53,387 nucleotides of DNA. It comes from a virus. Taxonomy: Duplodnaviria > Caudoviricetes. The position numbers were made by a program, and so were the translations under genes. Location: positions 1 through 53,387 of IMG/VR virus record IMGVR_UViG_3300032282_002272; one strand, 5' to 3'. Below the pieces are notes generated by a model. The model was not told the origin of the DNA and did not search any database. It worked only from the letters and a program-made list of their open reading frames with translations. Below, piece by piece: positions 1-8,347 of the stretch; positions within the stretch are counted from its first letter, which is position 1, and the number at the start of each line of letters is the position of its first letter.

Positions 1-210
1 AAATTACTGCATTATCATAAATTTCTGCATTGCCAGAAATTACTGCATTGCCATAAATTCGTGCATTATCATAAATTTGTGCATTATCATAAATTTCTGC
101 ATTGCCAGAAATTACTGCATTGCCATAAATTACTGCATTATCATAAATTCGTGCATTGCCAGAAATTACTGCATTATCATAAATTCGTGCATTGCCATAA
201 ATTACTGCAT
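1..210. repeat. 18-bp tandem repeat encoding (G/D)NA(V/R/E/Q)I(Y/S)
   Basis: Units such as aaattactgcattatcat / aaattcgtgcattgccag, contiguous, no spacers. Confidence 0.95.
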
Positions 211-325
211 TAGGCCCAATATATACTCTATCTTTAATATCTACAGTATTCGCTACCCATCCGCCACCATTTTCATGTTGATGGGCAGGAATCATACCAC
301 TACCAAAATCAAAATATGTTGTCAT
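1..325 (-). CDS. Hexapeptide-repeat (left-handed beta-helix) protein, 3' truncated by window edge
   Basis: ATG at 325, frame open to base 1: MTTYFDFGSGMIPAHQHENGGGWVANTVDIKDRVYIGPNAVIYGNARIYDNAVISGNARIYDNA...; absent from ORF track. Confidence 0.85.
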   Translation of the reverse strand, partial: MTTYFDFGSGMIPAHQHENGGGWVANTVDIKDRVYIGPNAVIYGNARIYDNAVISGNARIYDNAVIYGNAVISGNAEIYDNAQIYDNARIYGNAVISGNAEIYDNAVI

Positions 326-326
326 G

Positions 327-518
327 TTAATAATTATCCTGATAATTTTTAATTTCTTTATCCGTTGCCCATCGAATATCAATAATATTGCCAGTTATCA
401 TCTTCGATGCCTGCTCTAAACTTCCTGCCATGAAATATTCAGTTTCAGTGACATAATCATAATCACCATTCTTATCCCTGAACCATTTAGTATAAATTGC
501 ATATACTAAATTCGCCAT
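327..518 (-). CDS. Hypothetical early protein
   Basis: AGGAG RBS and own promoter at 545-573. Confidence 0.75.
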   Translation of the reverse strand: MANLVYAIYTKWFRDKNGDYDYVTETEYFMAGSLEQASKMITGNIIDIRWATDKEIKNYQDNY

Positions 519-544
519 TGGCTTTCTCCTTGGCTGATATAAGG

Positions 545-573
545 AATATAGGCTATTGAGGATCGAATGTCAA
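545..573 (-). promoter_or_regulatory. Sigma70-type early promoter
   Basis: TTGACA-N17-TATATT. Confidence 0.85.
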
Positions 574-585
574 ATTACATTTTAT

Positions 586-807
586 TCATGAAGGATAATA
601 ATTCTCGAAACAACCAACACAACAAAAGCGGCGCAAATCATCATAATGAGAATAGTTGCGGCTATCGCCAGGAATCCAATAATAATGATAAAGAGTCTTT
701 TCCTCGTTACCACACTCATAACAGAATCGTGCGCTGCTCACATCTTTCTCACGAAAGAGAGTAACCCGATTGAAACCATCGTGGCGAAGCTGAACCCGGT
801 TTGCCAT
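586..807 (-). CDS. Small Cys-containing hypothetical protein
   Basis: CxxC ... CCxxC; AGGAG RBS; promoter TTGCAT-N17-TATATT at 834-862. Confidence 0.75.
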   Translation of the reverse strand: MANRVQLRHDGFNRVTLFREKDVSSARFCYECGNEEKTLYHYYWIPGDSRNYSHYDDLRRFCCVGCFENYYPS

Positions 808-841
808 CTGTCACTCTCCTGTGTGTTGAAAGGAATATATC

Positions 842-1153
842 TCAGCTAGTCATTATATGCAAGGGGTAATTCATTACAATTTCTTTAAGAGCCTTCAGTG
901 TAGATGCACAAATAATAATCGGATATGCACCATATTTTTCCACAGAATATGAAAAAACATTCAGAATAGATTCTACCGCAGCATTAGCTTCTTCTATATC
1001 ATCAAAATAAATCGGATCAAAATATTTATCATCCGCACGCAAAAGATTGCTGCCATTTTTTTGGGTCATATTAGATGCATCATCGGAATACCAATAAACC
1101 GATGATCCGGCAGCGCGGCCGGGAGTAAAATTGACTGCATAAAACATGACCAC
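842..1153 (-). CDS. Hypothetical protein
   Basis: GAGGA RBS; promoter TTGACT-N17-TATTAT at 1175-1203. Confidence 0.7.
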   Translation of the reverse strand: MVMFYAVNFTPGRAAGSSVYWYSDDASNMTQKNGSNLLRADDKYFDPIYFDDIEEANAAVESILNVFSYSVEKYGAYPIIICASTLKALKEIVMNYPLHIMTS

Positions 1154-1183
1154 TATTTCCTCTGTTATGCAGGCATAATATAA

Positions 1184-1345
1184 TCAATTAGCATTGAAGT
1201 CAATACAAACTTTCTTGATTACAAAATATTTAGAATATTCTTGCCAATCAATCCATTTTTCCGCTGCCTCCCTTGTTTCAAAAATTTGACAAAATTTCTT
1301 TTCTTGATTCGGGCGATCAATAAAAATCATAAAAAATTCACGCAT
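1184..1345 (-). CDS. Small hypothetical protein (53 aa)
   Basis: MREFFMIFIDRPNQEKKFCQIFETREAAEKWIDWQEYSKYFVIKKVCIDFNAN fills the gap. Confidence 0.55.
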   Translation of the reverse strand: MREFFMIFIDRPNQEKKFCQIFETREAAEKWIDWQEYSKYFVIKKVCIDFNAN

Positions 1346-1367
1346 TAATATTCTTTCATATTAAGAT

Positions 1368-1553
1368 TTATTTAGAGGCGAATCCAATCGAATTTGCTAG
1401 ACACTCACGATTATAATACAAATATTCCATTGCGATATCATAATACATTTCAGCTTTATCATCATTATTTTTATACAATTGCTGAGAAAAATCACAAAAA
1501 TCAACATATGCATTAATAGACTTTTGTGCTTCTTTCATCCAGACTCGAAACAT
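1368..1553 (-). CDS. Hypothetical protein (start revised to MFRVW)
   Basis: GAGGA RBS; promoter TTGACA-N17-TATAAC at 1585-1613 lies inside the longer ORF call. Confidence 0.7.
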   Translation of the reverse strand: MFRVWMKEAQKSINAYVDFCDFSQQLYKNNDDKAEMYYDIAMEYLYYNRECLANSIGFASK

Positions 1554-1596
1554 TTGTAAATCCTCATTCCGTTTTGTTGAAACTGTTATAACCCGA

Positions 1597-1833
1597 TCAG
1601 GCTGCCTTGTCAACGGAAAAATGATGATTTTCAAAAATTTCCAAAATATCGCCTTTCTCATTTGTAATACGAAAAAACTTGACACGGCGAAAATTTGCAC
1701 CATAGTATCCAGTCTTCAAATCATGATACCAGAATGTCCGCTTATAATTCTTACCTTCCCACACTCGTTGTCCATTAAGATTGCCCAAAATCTGAGCATG
1801 TTCGTTATACCAGCATTCAAGATATACCTTCAC
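1597..1833 (-). CDS. Hypothetical protein (GTG start)
   Basis: AAGGGA RBS; promoter TTGATT-N17-TATATT at 1859-1887. Confidence 0.65.
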   Translation of the reverse strand: MKVYLECWYNEHAQILGNLNGQRVWEGKNYKRTFWYHDLKTGYYGANFRRVKFFRITNEKGDILEIFENHHFSVDKAA

Positions 1834-1888
1834 GTGTATTTCCCTTTCCGATATAATGAATATACTCAATTTTAGTCAGATAATCAAG

Positions 1889-2128
1889 TTAAATCTTTGT
1901 AATTGTAATGCTGGATGCAATCTTATTAAAAACATATTGTCCGGTTTTTTCAATTTGATTAATATTTGGATTAATAATAATTACATCTCCAATATTAACC
2001 ATATCAAAAATAGAATTAAAATAACCTTCACTATTGATAGTGTCAATATCATCTGATGTCTTATAATGCCAGTGAGTAAAACCATTAGCATATGAAAGAA
2101 CAGAAATATTACGAATCTGAAAAGCCAT
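1889..2128 (-). CDS. Conserved small protein (SVLSYANGFTHWHY motif)
   Basis: AAGGA RBS; perfect TTGACA-N17-TATAAT at 2154-2182. Confidence 0.8.
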   Translation of the reverse strand: MAFQIRNISVLSYANGFTHWHYKTSDDIDTINSEGYFNSIFDMVNIGDVIIINPNINQIEKTGQYVFNKIASSITITKI

Positions 2129-2275
2129 GATTTATTTCCTTTTTACCATACTGATTATAAATGAATTTATCGGCTTTGTCAATATTAATTATATGATATT
2201 TTTGTTCCTCAATCAGGTTAGCAATATTATTGCGTATTTCATTAATGTAATACTTGAACAATGGTGTCATAAAAA

Positions 2276-2938
2276 TTAAACATTCAATTTATTAATTACA
2301 GACTTTTTACCATTGCCATGAACCGGAAAACCAATAATTGATTTTCTGTTAGACTTCGCACAAAGCCCACATGACATGCAATTAACATAATCACTTGTTG
2401 TTGCCGGGCAAACAATAACCTTTCTGCCCGCTGGAGTCAAGGTATTTTTATGATCATTGACGATTACCACAATAGGTGCAATACCAATATCACTCAATTC
2501 ATCAGCATGTGCAAGTGAATTTGCAGAAAGATTTATAGTAAATTTATTGTTATTTGCATTCCTGATAATTTCCTGATTTTCAGGAATACTAGCATCATGA
2601 TGGGTATAAGTAAAGCCTCTTTTTCCCATATTAGCAATAATTAATCTCTTAACCTTATCTTGATTAATTACACCATTTTCATAGGGCAAGTCACCGGCCT
2701 GATTATGTCTCCACAAGGTATTCATAGGAATGGCATTAGATACCTTATCGCAAAAGGCTTCCCACGCCATTCCAGCCTGTTCTACACGCCGCCAATAGAT
2801 AGCGAGCGGCCCATATTCGGCATAGCATCCTGAAGCCTTCAGGGGGCACGTATTAGGGCAAGAATCCTTATGGGTAGTGGAAACAGGAATAGGGCCGGTT
2901 TTCCGATTAGATGAAAAAAGATTTAGAGTTACCTTCAT
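2276..2938 (-). CDS. Cys-rich phage protein, Gp88-like / radical-SAM-like
   Basis: SCPxxCPLxxxGCYA, WRHNQAGD, FTYTH, CPA...CxxCxxC motifs. Confidence 0.65.
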   Translation of the reverse strand: MKVTLNLFSSNRKTGPIPVSTTHKDSCPNTCPLKASGCYAEYGPLAIYWRRVEQAGMAWEAFCDKVSNAIPMNTLWRHNQAGDLPYENGVINQDKVKRLIIANMGKRGFTYTHHDASIPENQEIIRNANNNKFTINLSANSLAHADELSDIGIAPIVVIVNDHKNTLTPAGRKVIVCPATTSDYVNCMSCGLCAKSNRKSIIGFPVHGNGKKSVINKLNV

Positions 2939-2963
2939 GATCCTATTCCTTTCTGATATATTA

Positions 2964-3311
2964 TCAAGCAGCCTTGCGAATATTTGTTACATTATTCTTC
3001 TTGCTTGCCTTCTTCTTAGGCAGAATTTCAATTTCCTCAATTACAGGCTTTACATTAAGGCGGATAATCGTAGCAACCTGCGCTGCCTTCATAAGAACCG
3101 TATTAGATACGTTTTCCTTCAGAATGTCAATATTAAATGTCGTGCGATCATAAGATGTGGTTACAATCTTATGATGTGTGCCAATAAATCCATCAGCACT
3201 GGAATTTTCCTTAATATATTCCTTTAGCCCATCCAGCTTGCGAGTCAGACTATCAATCTGATCCTTAATAAAAAGATAGTTATTAATAACGTCATCATTC
3301 TGATTAGACAT
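2964..3311 (-). CDS. Hypothetical coiled-coil protein (start revised to MSNQN)
   Basis: GAGGA RBS; promoter TTGACT-N17-TATGAT at 3337-3365. Confidence 0.75.
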   Translation of the reverse strand: MSNQNDDVINNYLFIKDQIDSLTRKLDGLKEYIKENSSADGFIGTHHKIVTTSYDRTTFNIDILKENVSNTVLMKAAQVATIIRLNVKPVIEEIEILPKKKASKKNNVTNIRKAA

Positions 3312-3370
3312 TTTGTTTTCCTCTGGTGATAGAAACATCATAGGCGTTTCTGTTAGGCTAGTCAATGGTT

Positions 3371-3520
3371 TTATCGTGAAGAAAATGCAATCAATTCGCC
3401 ATTCATTTCCGAATACATATCAAAAAGAAAAGGATAGGCTGGATTTGTAGCATGTGGATACCGATTTAGCAAGCTACAAATCATAAAATTTAGCATAGAA
3501 ATATGTTCATCGGTATTCAT
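3371..3520 (-). CDS. Small hypothetical protein (49 aa)
   Basis: AAAGGA RBS; promoter TTGACA-N17-TAAAAC at 3543-3571. Confidence 0.6.
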   Translation of the reverse strand: MNTDEHISMLNFMICSLLNRYPHATNPAYPFLFDMYSEMNGELIAFSSR

Positions 3521-3573
3521 TTTTATATTCCTTTCTGCATATGTTTTAGCCTATCGGAATACCAATGTCAATA

Positions 3574-4014
3574 TTAAAATTTGTATGGAATCAAATTATT
3601 ATCTAGGGCAAATTCTTCCGCCGCTTCCTTAAATTCATTTAAGAAATTTTCATTTTGCGAAAGATTATCATGCAACCGTAATTGAATGAAATTTAAAAAA
3701 TTTTCGTGATCCTGATGGATTGACATATACCAATCACGAAAACGGCATTGATATTCATTCAAATTAGTATTAAATTTAAAATTTCTCCCGAAAATAAATC
3801 CGATAGATGCGCTCTGATTTCCCTCATCAAAAATTGATTTTCGATAAATGGAATCTGGAATAAGATGGCCAATTGCACATCTAGACCCACCATCAGCACG
3901 ATAAACACAAATACCATCACGCAAAGATGTCTTACCTTGTTCAATCATCTTTTGACAAACGTAATCATAAACCTTTTGCTTTGTGTCAAGACGTTCAAAA
4001 AGCATTTTTGTCAT
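3574..4014 (-). CDS. Hypothetical protein, CxYR-CAIG paralog 1
   Basis: CVYRADGGSRCAIGHLIPD; AGGAG RBS; promoter at 4042-4070. Confidence 0.85.
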   Translation of the reverse strand: MTKMLFERLDTKQKVYDYVCQKMIEQGKTSLRDGICVYRADGGSRCAIGHLIPDSIYRKSIFDEGNQSASIGFIFGRNFKFNTNLNEYQCRFRDWYMSIHQDHENFLNFIQLRLHDNLSQNENFLNEFKEAAEEFALDNNLIPYKF

Positions 4015-4076
4015 TTATTAATCTCCTTTGCTATGAGAAAGATTCTATATCCTTTCTCATAGCATGTCAAGATAAA

Positions 4077-4397
4077 TTAAATGTAACGAAACGCAGATAG
4101 CTTCAGAAAATAAGAAATATCATTGCGAGTTTCCATCAATTCACGCGCACGGGATTGCATAATTGCGAGAGCATGTTGCATAGATGCATCCTGATTTGCG
4201 GAATTATACTTCTTTAGACTCTTAATTGCTTGCTGCGTAAGGCGATAATCCCGCCTCCATTCAATAAGCCAATCAATTGCCCACCTATTCAATTCCTTAA
4301 TTTCTTGGGGAACCATAACAGGCACCATAGGATCGTGACCAACGGAACGCCAATCCGATGCAACGGAAACACACTTAGCAAGATTACCATCATACAT
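4077..4397 (-). CDS. Hypothetical protein
   Basis: AAGGAG RBS. Confidence 0.75.
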   Translation of the reverse strand: MYDGNLAKCVSVASDWRSVGHDPMVPVMVPQEIKELNRWAIDWLIEWRRDYRLTQQAIKSLKKYNSANQDASMQHALAIMQSRARELMETRNDISYFLKLSAFRYI

Positions 4398-4413
4398 ATT
4401 TAAAAACTCCTTA

Positions 4414-4452
4414 ATTCTATGCCGTGGGTTTGTTTATATCACGGCATAGAAT
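4414..4452. terminator. 13-bp stem-loop between genes
   Basis: attctatgccgtg / cacggcatagaat. Confidence 0.55.
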
Positions 4453-4462
4453 ATTTGAAAAG

Positions 4463-4852
4463 TTAAAAAACGGAAATTTGTTCTTCCTGTGGAAGAGGAG
4501 GCTCTAGGGTAGGTTCAACATTAGGCGGCATTAATTCATTTTCATATTGAATAACCATTTCTCGGTATGCCTCGGGAATTTCCAAATGATTGCGCCAAAG
4601 GATAGGCTTATTTCCTGATGCCGCCCAATGTGTAGCGGCGGCCCTGCCCAATTCATACATATATTGGAAACTAGCCCGATTACGCTCATATTGGCTGGAA
4701 TAACCCAATCCTAATGTCTTATCATTCCAGCCTTGGCGCGCGGCGGGATAGCGACTAGGATGAAAAAGATTATTTTTAAAAGTATCCTTAACCTTAACAA
4801 ATCGGCCATTAGTAGCCGGATCAAAAGCCTTTACCTTCTTAGGACGTGCCAT
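4463..4852 (-). CDS. Hypothetical protein (start revised to MARPKK)
   Basis: AAGGAG RBS; promoter TTTACA-N17-TATATT at 4879-4907. Confidence 0.75.
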   Translation of the reverse strand: MARPKKVKAFDPATNGRFVKVKDTFKNNLFHPSRYPAARQGWNDKTLGLGYSSQYERNRASFQYMYELGRAAATHWAASGNKPILWRNHLEIPEAYREMVIQYENELMPPNVEPTLEPPLPQEEQISVF

Positions 4853-4919
4853 TGTCAATCTCCTTTGCTGATAAAAAGAATATAGTCTAGGCAGGCCGAT
4901 TTGTAAAGTTAAAAAATTG

Positions 4920-5189
4920 TTAGGCGGCAATCTTATTAATTAGACTGCTATGAACTTTATTGATAATATCAACCGCCTTTGTGTATTCATCCATGAGAAT
5001 AATATTAGACTGCTTTGTGCGAATACGATAAGGAACAATCTTGTTACCAAGAGTCTTTCGCATTAGTGAAGCAATAACATAAACGTATTGCGGAGTAATT
5101 GCCTGAAAATTAGCAATATTCTTGACCTTTTCGCCTTCATGCCACTGGCGAATAACATTCATATAAAGATTAAAAGTATTAGGACGCAT
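4920..5189 (-). CDS. Small HTH-like protein, probably leaderless
   Basis: GEKVKNIANFQAITPQYV HTH-like pattern; promoter at 5197-5225 ends 7 nt before ATG. Confidence 0.6.
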   Translation of the reverse strand: MRPNTFNLYMNVIRQWHEGEKVKNIANFQAITPQYVYVIASLMRKTLGNKIVPYRIRTKQSNIILMDEYTKAVDIINKVHSSLINKIAA

Positions 5190-5234
5190 GGCCATCTTAA
5201 TAATCCTATTTAATTTTAATGTCAATAGAAAATT

Positions 5235-5265
5235 TGGTGGCAGGATTTTTTATTTCCTGCCACCA
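5235..5265 (-). terminator. Intrinsic terminator
   Basis: tggtggcagga / tcctgccacca after ORF 5273-5632. Confidence 0.75.
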
Positions 5266-5272
5266 TAAAACA

Positions 5273-5632
5273 TTAGGCAGCCTCGGCCAGTACTTCCGCC
5301 GCATTGCTATCATCGTCGTCATCGGCGCGCATAGCATCAGCGGCATGGGCAATGCAATTCATTGCCGCTCGCATACCGGCAAAGAAAGCATTAGCCTCCT
5401 CCACCGTCATACCGTCATTAACCAAAACAACGCCGGAACCGTTATGAATAGTCACGTCAAAAAGGGTGCGGGCATTGCGAAGCATATTGCTGCGATGGAT
5501 ATCCACCACAATGTTATCATCGTTAAGAACGGCGGCAAGCATGTCACCAGCCTCGCCCGCCTTAATCACAAGAATTTCATGGCTCTTAACAACGCGAATA
5601 CGATCAGTCGCCTTAACAGTGATATTGGACAT
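5273..5632 (-). CDS. Hypothetical protein, first gene of leftward early unit
   Basis: GC-richer than neighbours; tandem promoters at 5668-5696 and 5748-5776. Confidence 0.85.
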   Translation of the reverse strand: MSNITVKATDRIRVVKSHEILVIKAGEAGDMLAAVLNDDNIVVDIHRSNMLRNARTLFDVTIHNGSGVVLVNDGMTVEEANAFFAGMRAAMNCIAHAADAMRADDDDDSNAAEVLAEAA

Positions 5633-5667
5633 TTTGATAACCTTTCTGTGTGTGTTGCGATAAGCGT

Positions 5668-5776
5668 TATATAAAGTTATCGGCGCCGTTTGTCAAACCT
5701 TTTTTTATCCATCGGCTATTAGGTTTTCAGCCGCCGTCGATGAAAGGAATATAGTTTTATCCCGCCGAAACGTCAA
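5668..5776 (-). promoter_or_regulatory. Two tandem sigma70-type promoters
   Basis: TTGACA-N17-TATATA and TTGACG-N17-TATATT. Confidence 0.8.
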
Positions 5777-5811
5777 CAAAAAAATTGCATCCGACCAAAT
5801 TTTTTATGATA

Positions 5812-5826
5812 GAACAAACCGCGAAC
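5812..5826. promoter_or_regulatory. Alphaproteobacterial LexA (SOS) box
   Basis: GAAC-AAACCGC-GAAC, exact GAAC-N7-GAAC in intergenic DNA. Confidence 0.65.
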
Positions 5827-5941
5827 AATAATCGGCTCTGTGCGGCCCTATATATAAGGTGTCGATCCCGCATGAAAAATGCCGATAAGCCATTGAAAAT
5901 ATTGATGATTTTGGAAAAATCGCATGGGGTGAATTTTTTTG

Positions 5942-5970
5942 TTGACGGGTCATTTTTCTGCCAGTATACT
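5942..5970 (+). promoter_or_regulatory. Rightward sigma70-type promoter
   Basis: TTGACG-N17-TATACT. Confidence 0.85.
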
Positions 5971-6012
5971 AGCACCTGTGCAAAATGAAAATTAATGAAG
6001 GAAAAAATTAAA

Positions 6013-6420
6013 ATGAGTTTAAATGATGATGATGATCGACTATCAAAAAAATTTGTTCCCTTACCATTATTTAAATTGCCTGAAGGTTTAGGGAATTACG
6101 TCAATGCAACATATGACGATTTTGTTAATGTTTCAAATAAAGCCATGGTTGCTCCCTTTCATATTCCAGAACATAATGTAATATATTACATGTCATACAT
6201 GTCTGGAACATTTTTAGGTCAATTAACCAATGTTTTAAAATATTTAAGTGATAATAATATTTCCTATCCTGATATGGATAAACTTGTTAATATAATTGAT
6301 CGTGTTGAATTTGATGCAATCAATACGTTAATTATGATGGAAAATAATTCTAATGCTGCAAAAGAAGCAGAAAATGAATTAAATGATATTTTAAATAAAT
6401 TTAAATCTGATAAAAAATAG
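6013..6420 (+). CDS. Hypothetical protein
   Basis: AAGGA RBS; followed by terminator. Confidence 0.75.
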   Translation: MSLNDDDDRLSKKFVPLPLFKLPEGLGNYVNATYDDFVNVSNKAMVAPFHIPEHNVIYYMSYMSGTFLGQLTNVLKYLSDNNISYPDMDKLVNIIDRVEFDAINTLIMMENNSNAAKEAENELNDILNKFKSDKK

Positions 6421-6429
6421 TGATGTATT

Positions 6430-6461
6430 GACTCATACAAATAAGTATGAGTCTTTTTTTT
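6430..6461 (+). terminator. Intrinsic terminator
   Basis: gactcatac / gtatgagtc plus T-run. Confidence 0.8.
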
Positions 6462-6474
6462 AGGAAATATTTTA

Positions 6475-6831
6475 ATGTGGCCATTTAAACAAAATAAAAA
6501 TGACGATAATAAAAATGACGATAATAAACATAACTATGAAAATAATTTTGTAGAAATTTATAATAATAAAGTTAAAACATTTAAAATTAAAATTGATAAA
6601 ACAGATAACTTTTTAAGTATTTTTTATACTTATGCTAATATGCGTGGTGATGTTATAGTTAATATTAATGAAATTATCGCAATTCAAGAAGAAATTAATT
6701 ATACAATTGATTTATCCGATGATATAGTAAAAATTTTATTAAAAGATGGAATGCATATTGCCTATCGTGTTCCATATAATCATGGAAATTTTTTAATTGA
6801 TGCTATTTGGGAAAAAATTAAGGAAAAGTAA
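6475..6831 (+). CDS. Hypothetical protein
   Basis: AGGA RBS, open frame. Confidence 0.7.
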   Translation: MWPFKQNKNDDNKNDDNKHNYENNFVEIYNNKVKTFKIKIDKTDNFLSIFYTYANMRGDVIVNINEIIAIQEEINYTIDLSDDIVKILLKDGMHIAYRVPYNHGNFLIDAIWEKIKEK

Positions 6832-6900
6832 TATAACTTTGCTTGATTATTCCGCCGTCCTGGGTTAACTTTGCCTTGTTCAACAACAAAGGTTTTAATT

Positions 6901-7812
6901 ATGACAAATACTCTTAGTAAGAATGCTCAGAATGTTCTTGCGCGTCTTAGTAAGAATGGCAATCATCTACAGATTGTCAGAGAAAATTCTTCCCGTTCTA
7001 TCGAGAATATCCCTGTTTTGCCGCCTGTTAATGTTAAGCCTGAAACAGATGAACAAATTGAAAAGCGTATTGAGGAACGTTTTGCAATTTATCGCCAGCT
7101 AATCAAGATGACAATTGCCGGTGATAGCCGCTCTCTTATCGTCAGTGGTCCACCGGGTCTAGGTAAGACGTTTGATCTGGAATCTGCCCTAGAAGATGAA
7201 TATGGTGAAAATTATCATGGTATGATTACCAGTGGTTTTATTAGGCCAACTGGTGTTTATCGTCGTTTATATGAGAATCGTGAGCGTGGCCAGCTAATGG
7301 CTATTGATGATACTGATTCTGTTTTGGAGAATGTTGATTCGCTTAATCTCATGAAGAAGGCATGTGACACTATTGATCGGCGTTTTATCTCATGGGGCAG
7401 CGAAACTACCATGCGGGATGATGAAACTGGTGATAAGTTGCCTACTCGTTTTGAATATTGTGGTTCGCTAATTATTTTGACTAATAATAATCTTGATGAT
7501 ATTGTAACCAAGGGTGCAAAGAACGCTGATCATATTTCAGCTATGATTTCCCGCAGTCATTATATTGATCTTGGTATGCGAACTAAGCGAGATTATTTTG
7601 TTCGTGTCCGTCAAGTAATTCGTAATGGTATGCTTGATGATATTCTAAGTCAGGATTCTATTACTGAAGTAGTTGATTATATTGAAACTAATCTTGATAG
7701 ATTGCGTGAAGTATCTTTGCGTATTGCCCATAAGATTAGTAAGACTATGGTTTCTGCTCCTGCAACATGGGATAGTATTTGTAACGCAACATGTTGTAAG
7801 CCAGTTCGTTAA
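6901..7812 (+). CDS. AAA+ family P-loop ATPase
   Basis: Walker A GPPGLGKT, Walker B LMAIDD; promoter at 6843-6871. Confidence 0.85.
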   Translation: MTNTLSKNAQNVLARLSKNGNHLQIVRENSSRSIENIPVLPPVNVKPETDEQIEKRIEERFAIYRQLIKMTIAGDSRSLIVSGPPGLGKTFDLESALEDEYGENYHGMITSGFIRPTGVYRRLYENRERGQLMAIDDTDSVLENVDSLNLMKKACDTIDRRFISWGSETTMRDDETGDKLPTRFEYCGSLIILTNNNLDDIVTKGAKNADHISAMISRSHYIDLGMRTKRDYFVRVRQVIRNGMLDDILSQDSITEVVDYIETNLDRLREVSLRIAHKISKTMVSAPATWDSICNATCCKPVR

Positions 7813-7822
7813 AAATTATAAT

Positions 7823-7855
7823 GGGCGGGTAACTAATACCCGCCCTAACTTTTTT
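7823..7855 (+). terminator. Intrinsic terminator
   Basis: gggcgggta / tacccgccc followed by T-run. Confidence 0.8.
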
Positions 7856-7869
7856 ACGGAAATTTAAAA

Positions 7870-8316
7870 ATGTATGATTTTGAAAAATTGAATAGTAAAC
7901 AAGAAATTTATAATTATGTTTGTGAAAAACTCTGGAAACAGGGTGAGCGAAGTATGATTAAAAATCCTGCATATAATAAGAAAAATATTCTTACTGGTGA
8001 ACAATTTATTTGCGCTTATCGTGGTGATGGTGGACGAAAGTGTGCTATTGGATTTTTGATTCCTGATAATTTTTATAATCCGCGAATGGAAACAAAAAGT
8101 TTTATGTCTTTGATTGATTATATTCATAAAATATATCCAATTAATGATACAAAATATGAAAATTTTATTCTTTTTTTAGAAAATAATGAAATTTTTCTTA
8201 ACTCAATACAATTTAATCTTCATGATACTTTATATAATTTTAAAAATAACTTTAAAATTGTGGCTACTGAATTTGCCGGGAAAAATAATCTTGTTCCCTA
8301 TGCATTTTCTGATTGA
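7870..8316 (+). CDS. Hypothetical protein, CxYR-CAIG paralog 2
   Basis: CAYRGDGGRKCAIGFLIPD. Confidence 0.85.
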   Translation: MYDFEKLNSKQEIYNYVCEKLWKQGERSMIKNPAYNKKNILTGEQFICAYRGDGGRKCAIGFLIPDNFYNPRMETKSFMSLIDYIHKIYPINDTKYENFILFLENNEIFLNSIQFNLHDTLYNFKNNFKIVATEFAGKNNLVPYAFSD

Positions 8317-8347
8317 CATATCAGCCATTGAAGGGTAATATCTATTC

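Noticed and set aside
1-210. CRISPR-like array
   Set aside because: Units are contiguous 18-mers with no unique spacers and are explained by a coding hexapeptide repeat
77-352. Plus-strand Cys-rich ORF
   Set aside because: Antisense shadow of the hexapeptide gene
2109-2270. 53-aa minus-strand ORF
   Set aside because: No clear RBS and it overlaps a promoter and the next gene; possible but unsupported
5219-5988. ORFs 5219-5674(+), 5466-5663(+), 5757-5975(-), 5785-5988(+)
   Set aside because: Shadow frames or frames spanning the promoter hub, without RBS
5777-6012. CtrA boxes (TTAA-N7-TTAA)
   Set aside because: No correctly spaced match seen at the hub; matches elsewhere would be expected by chance in AT-rich DNA
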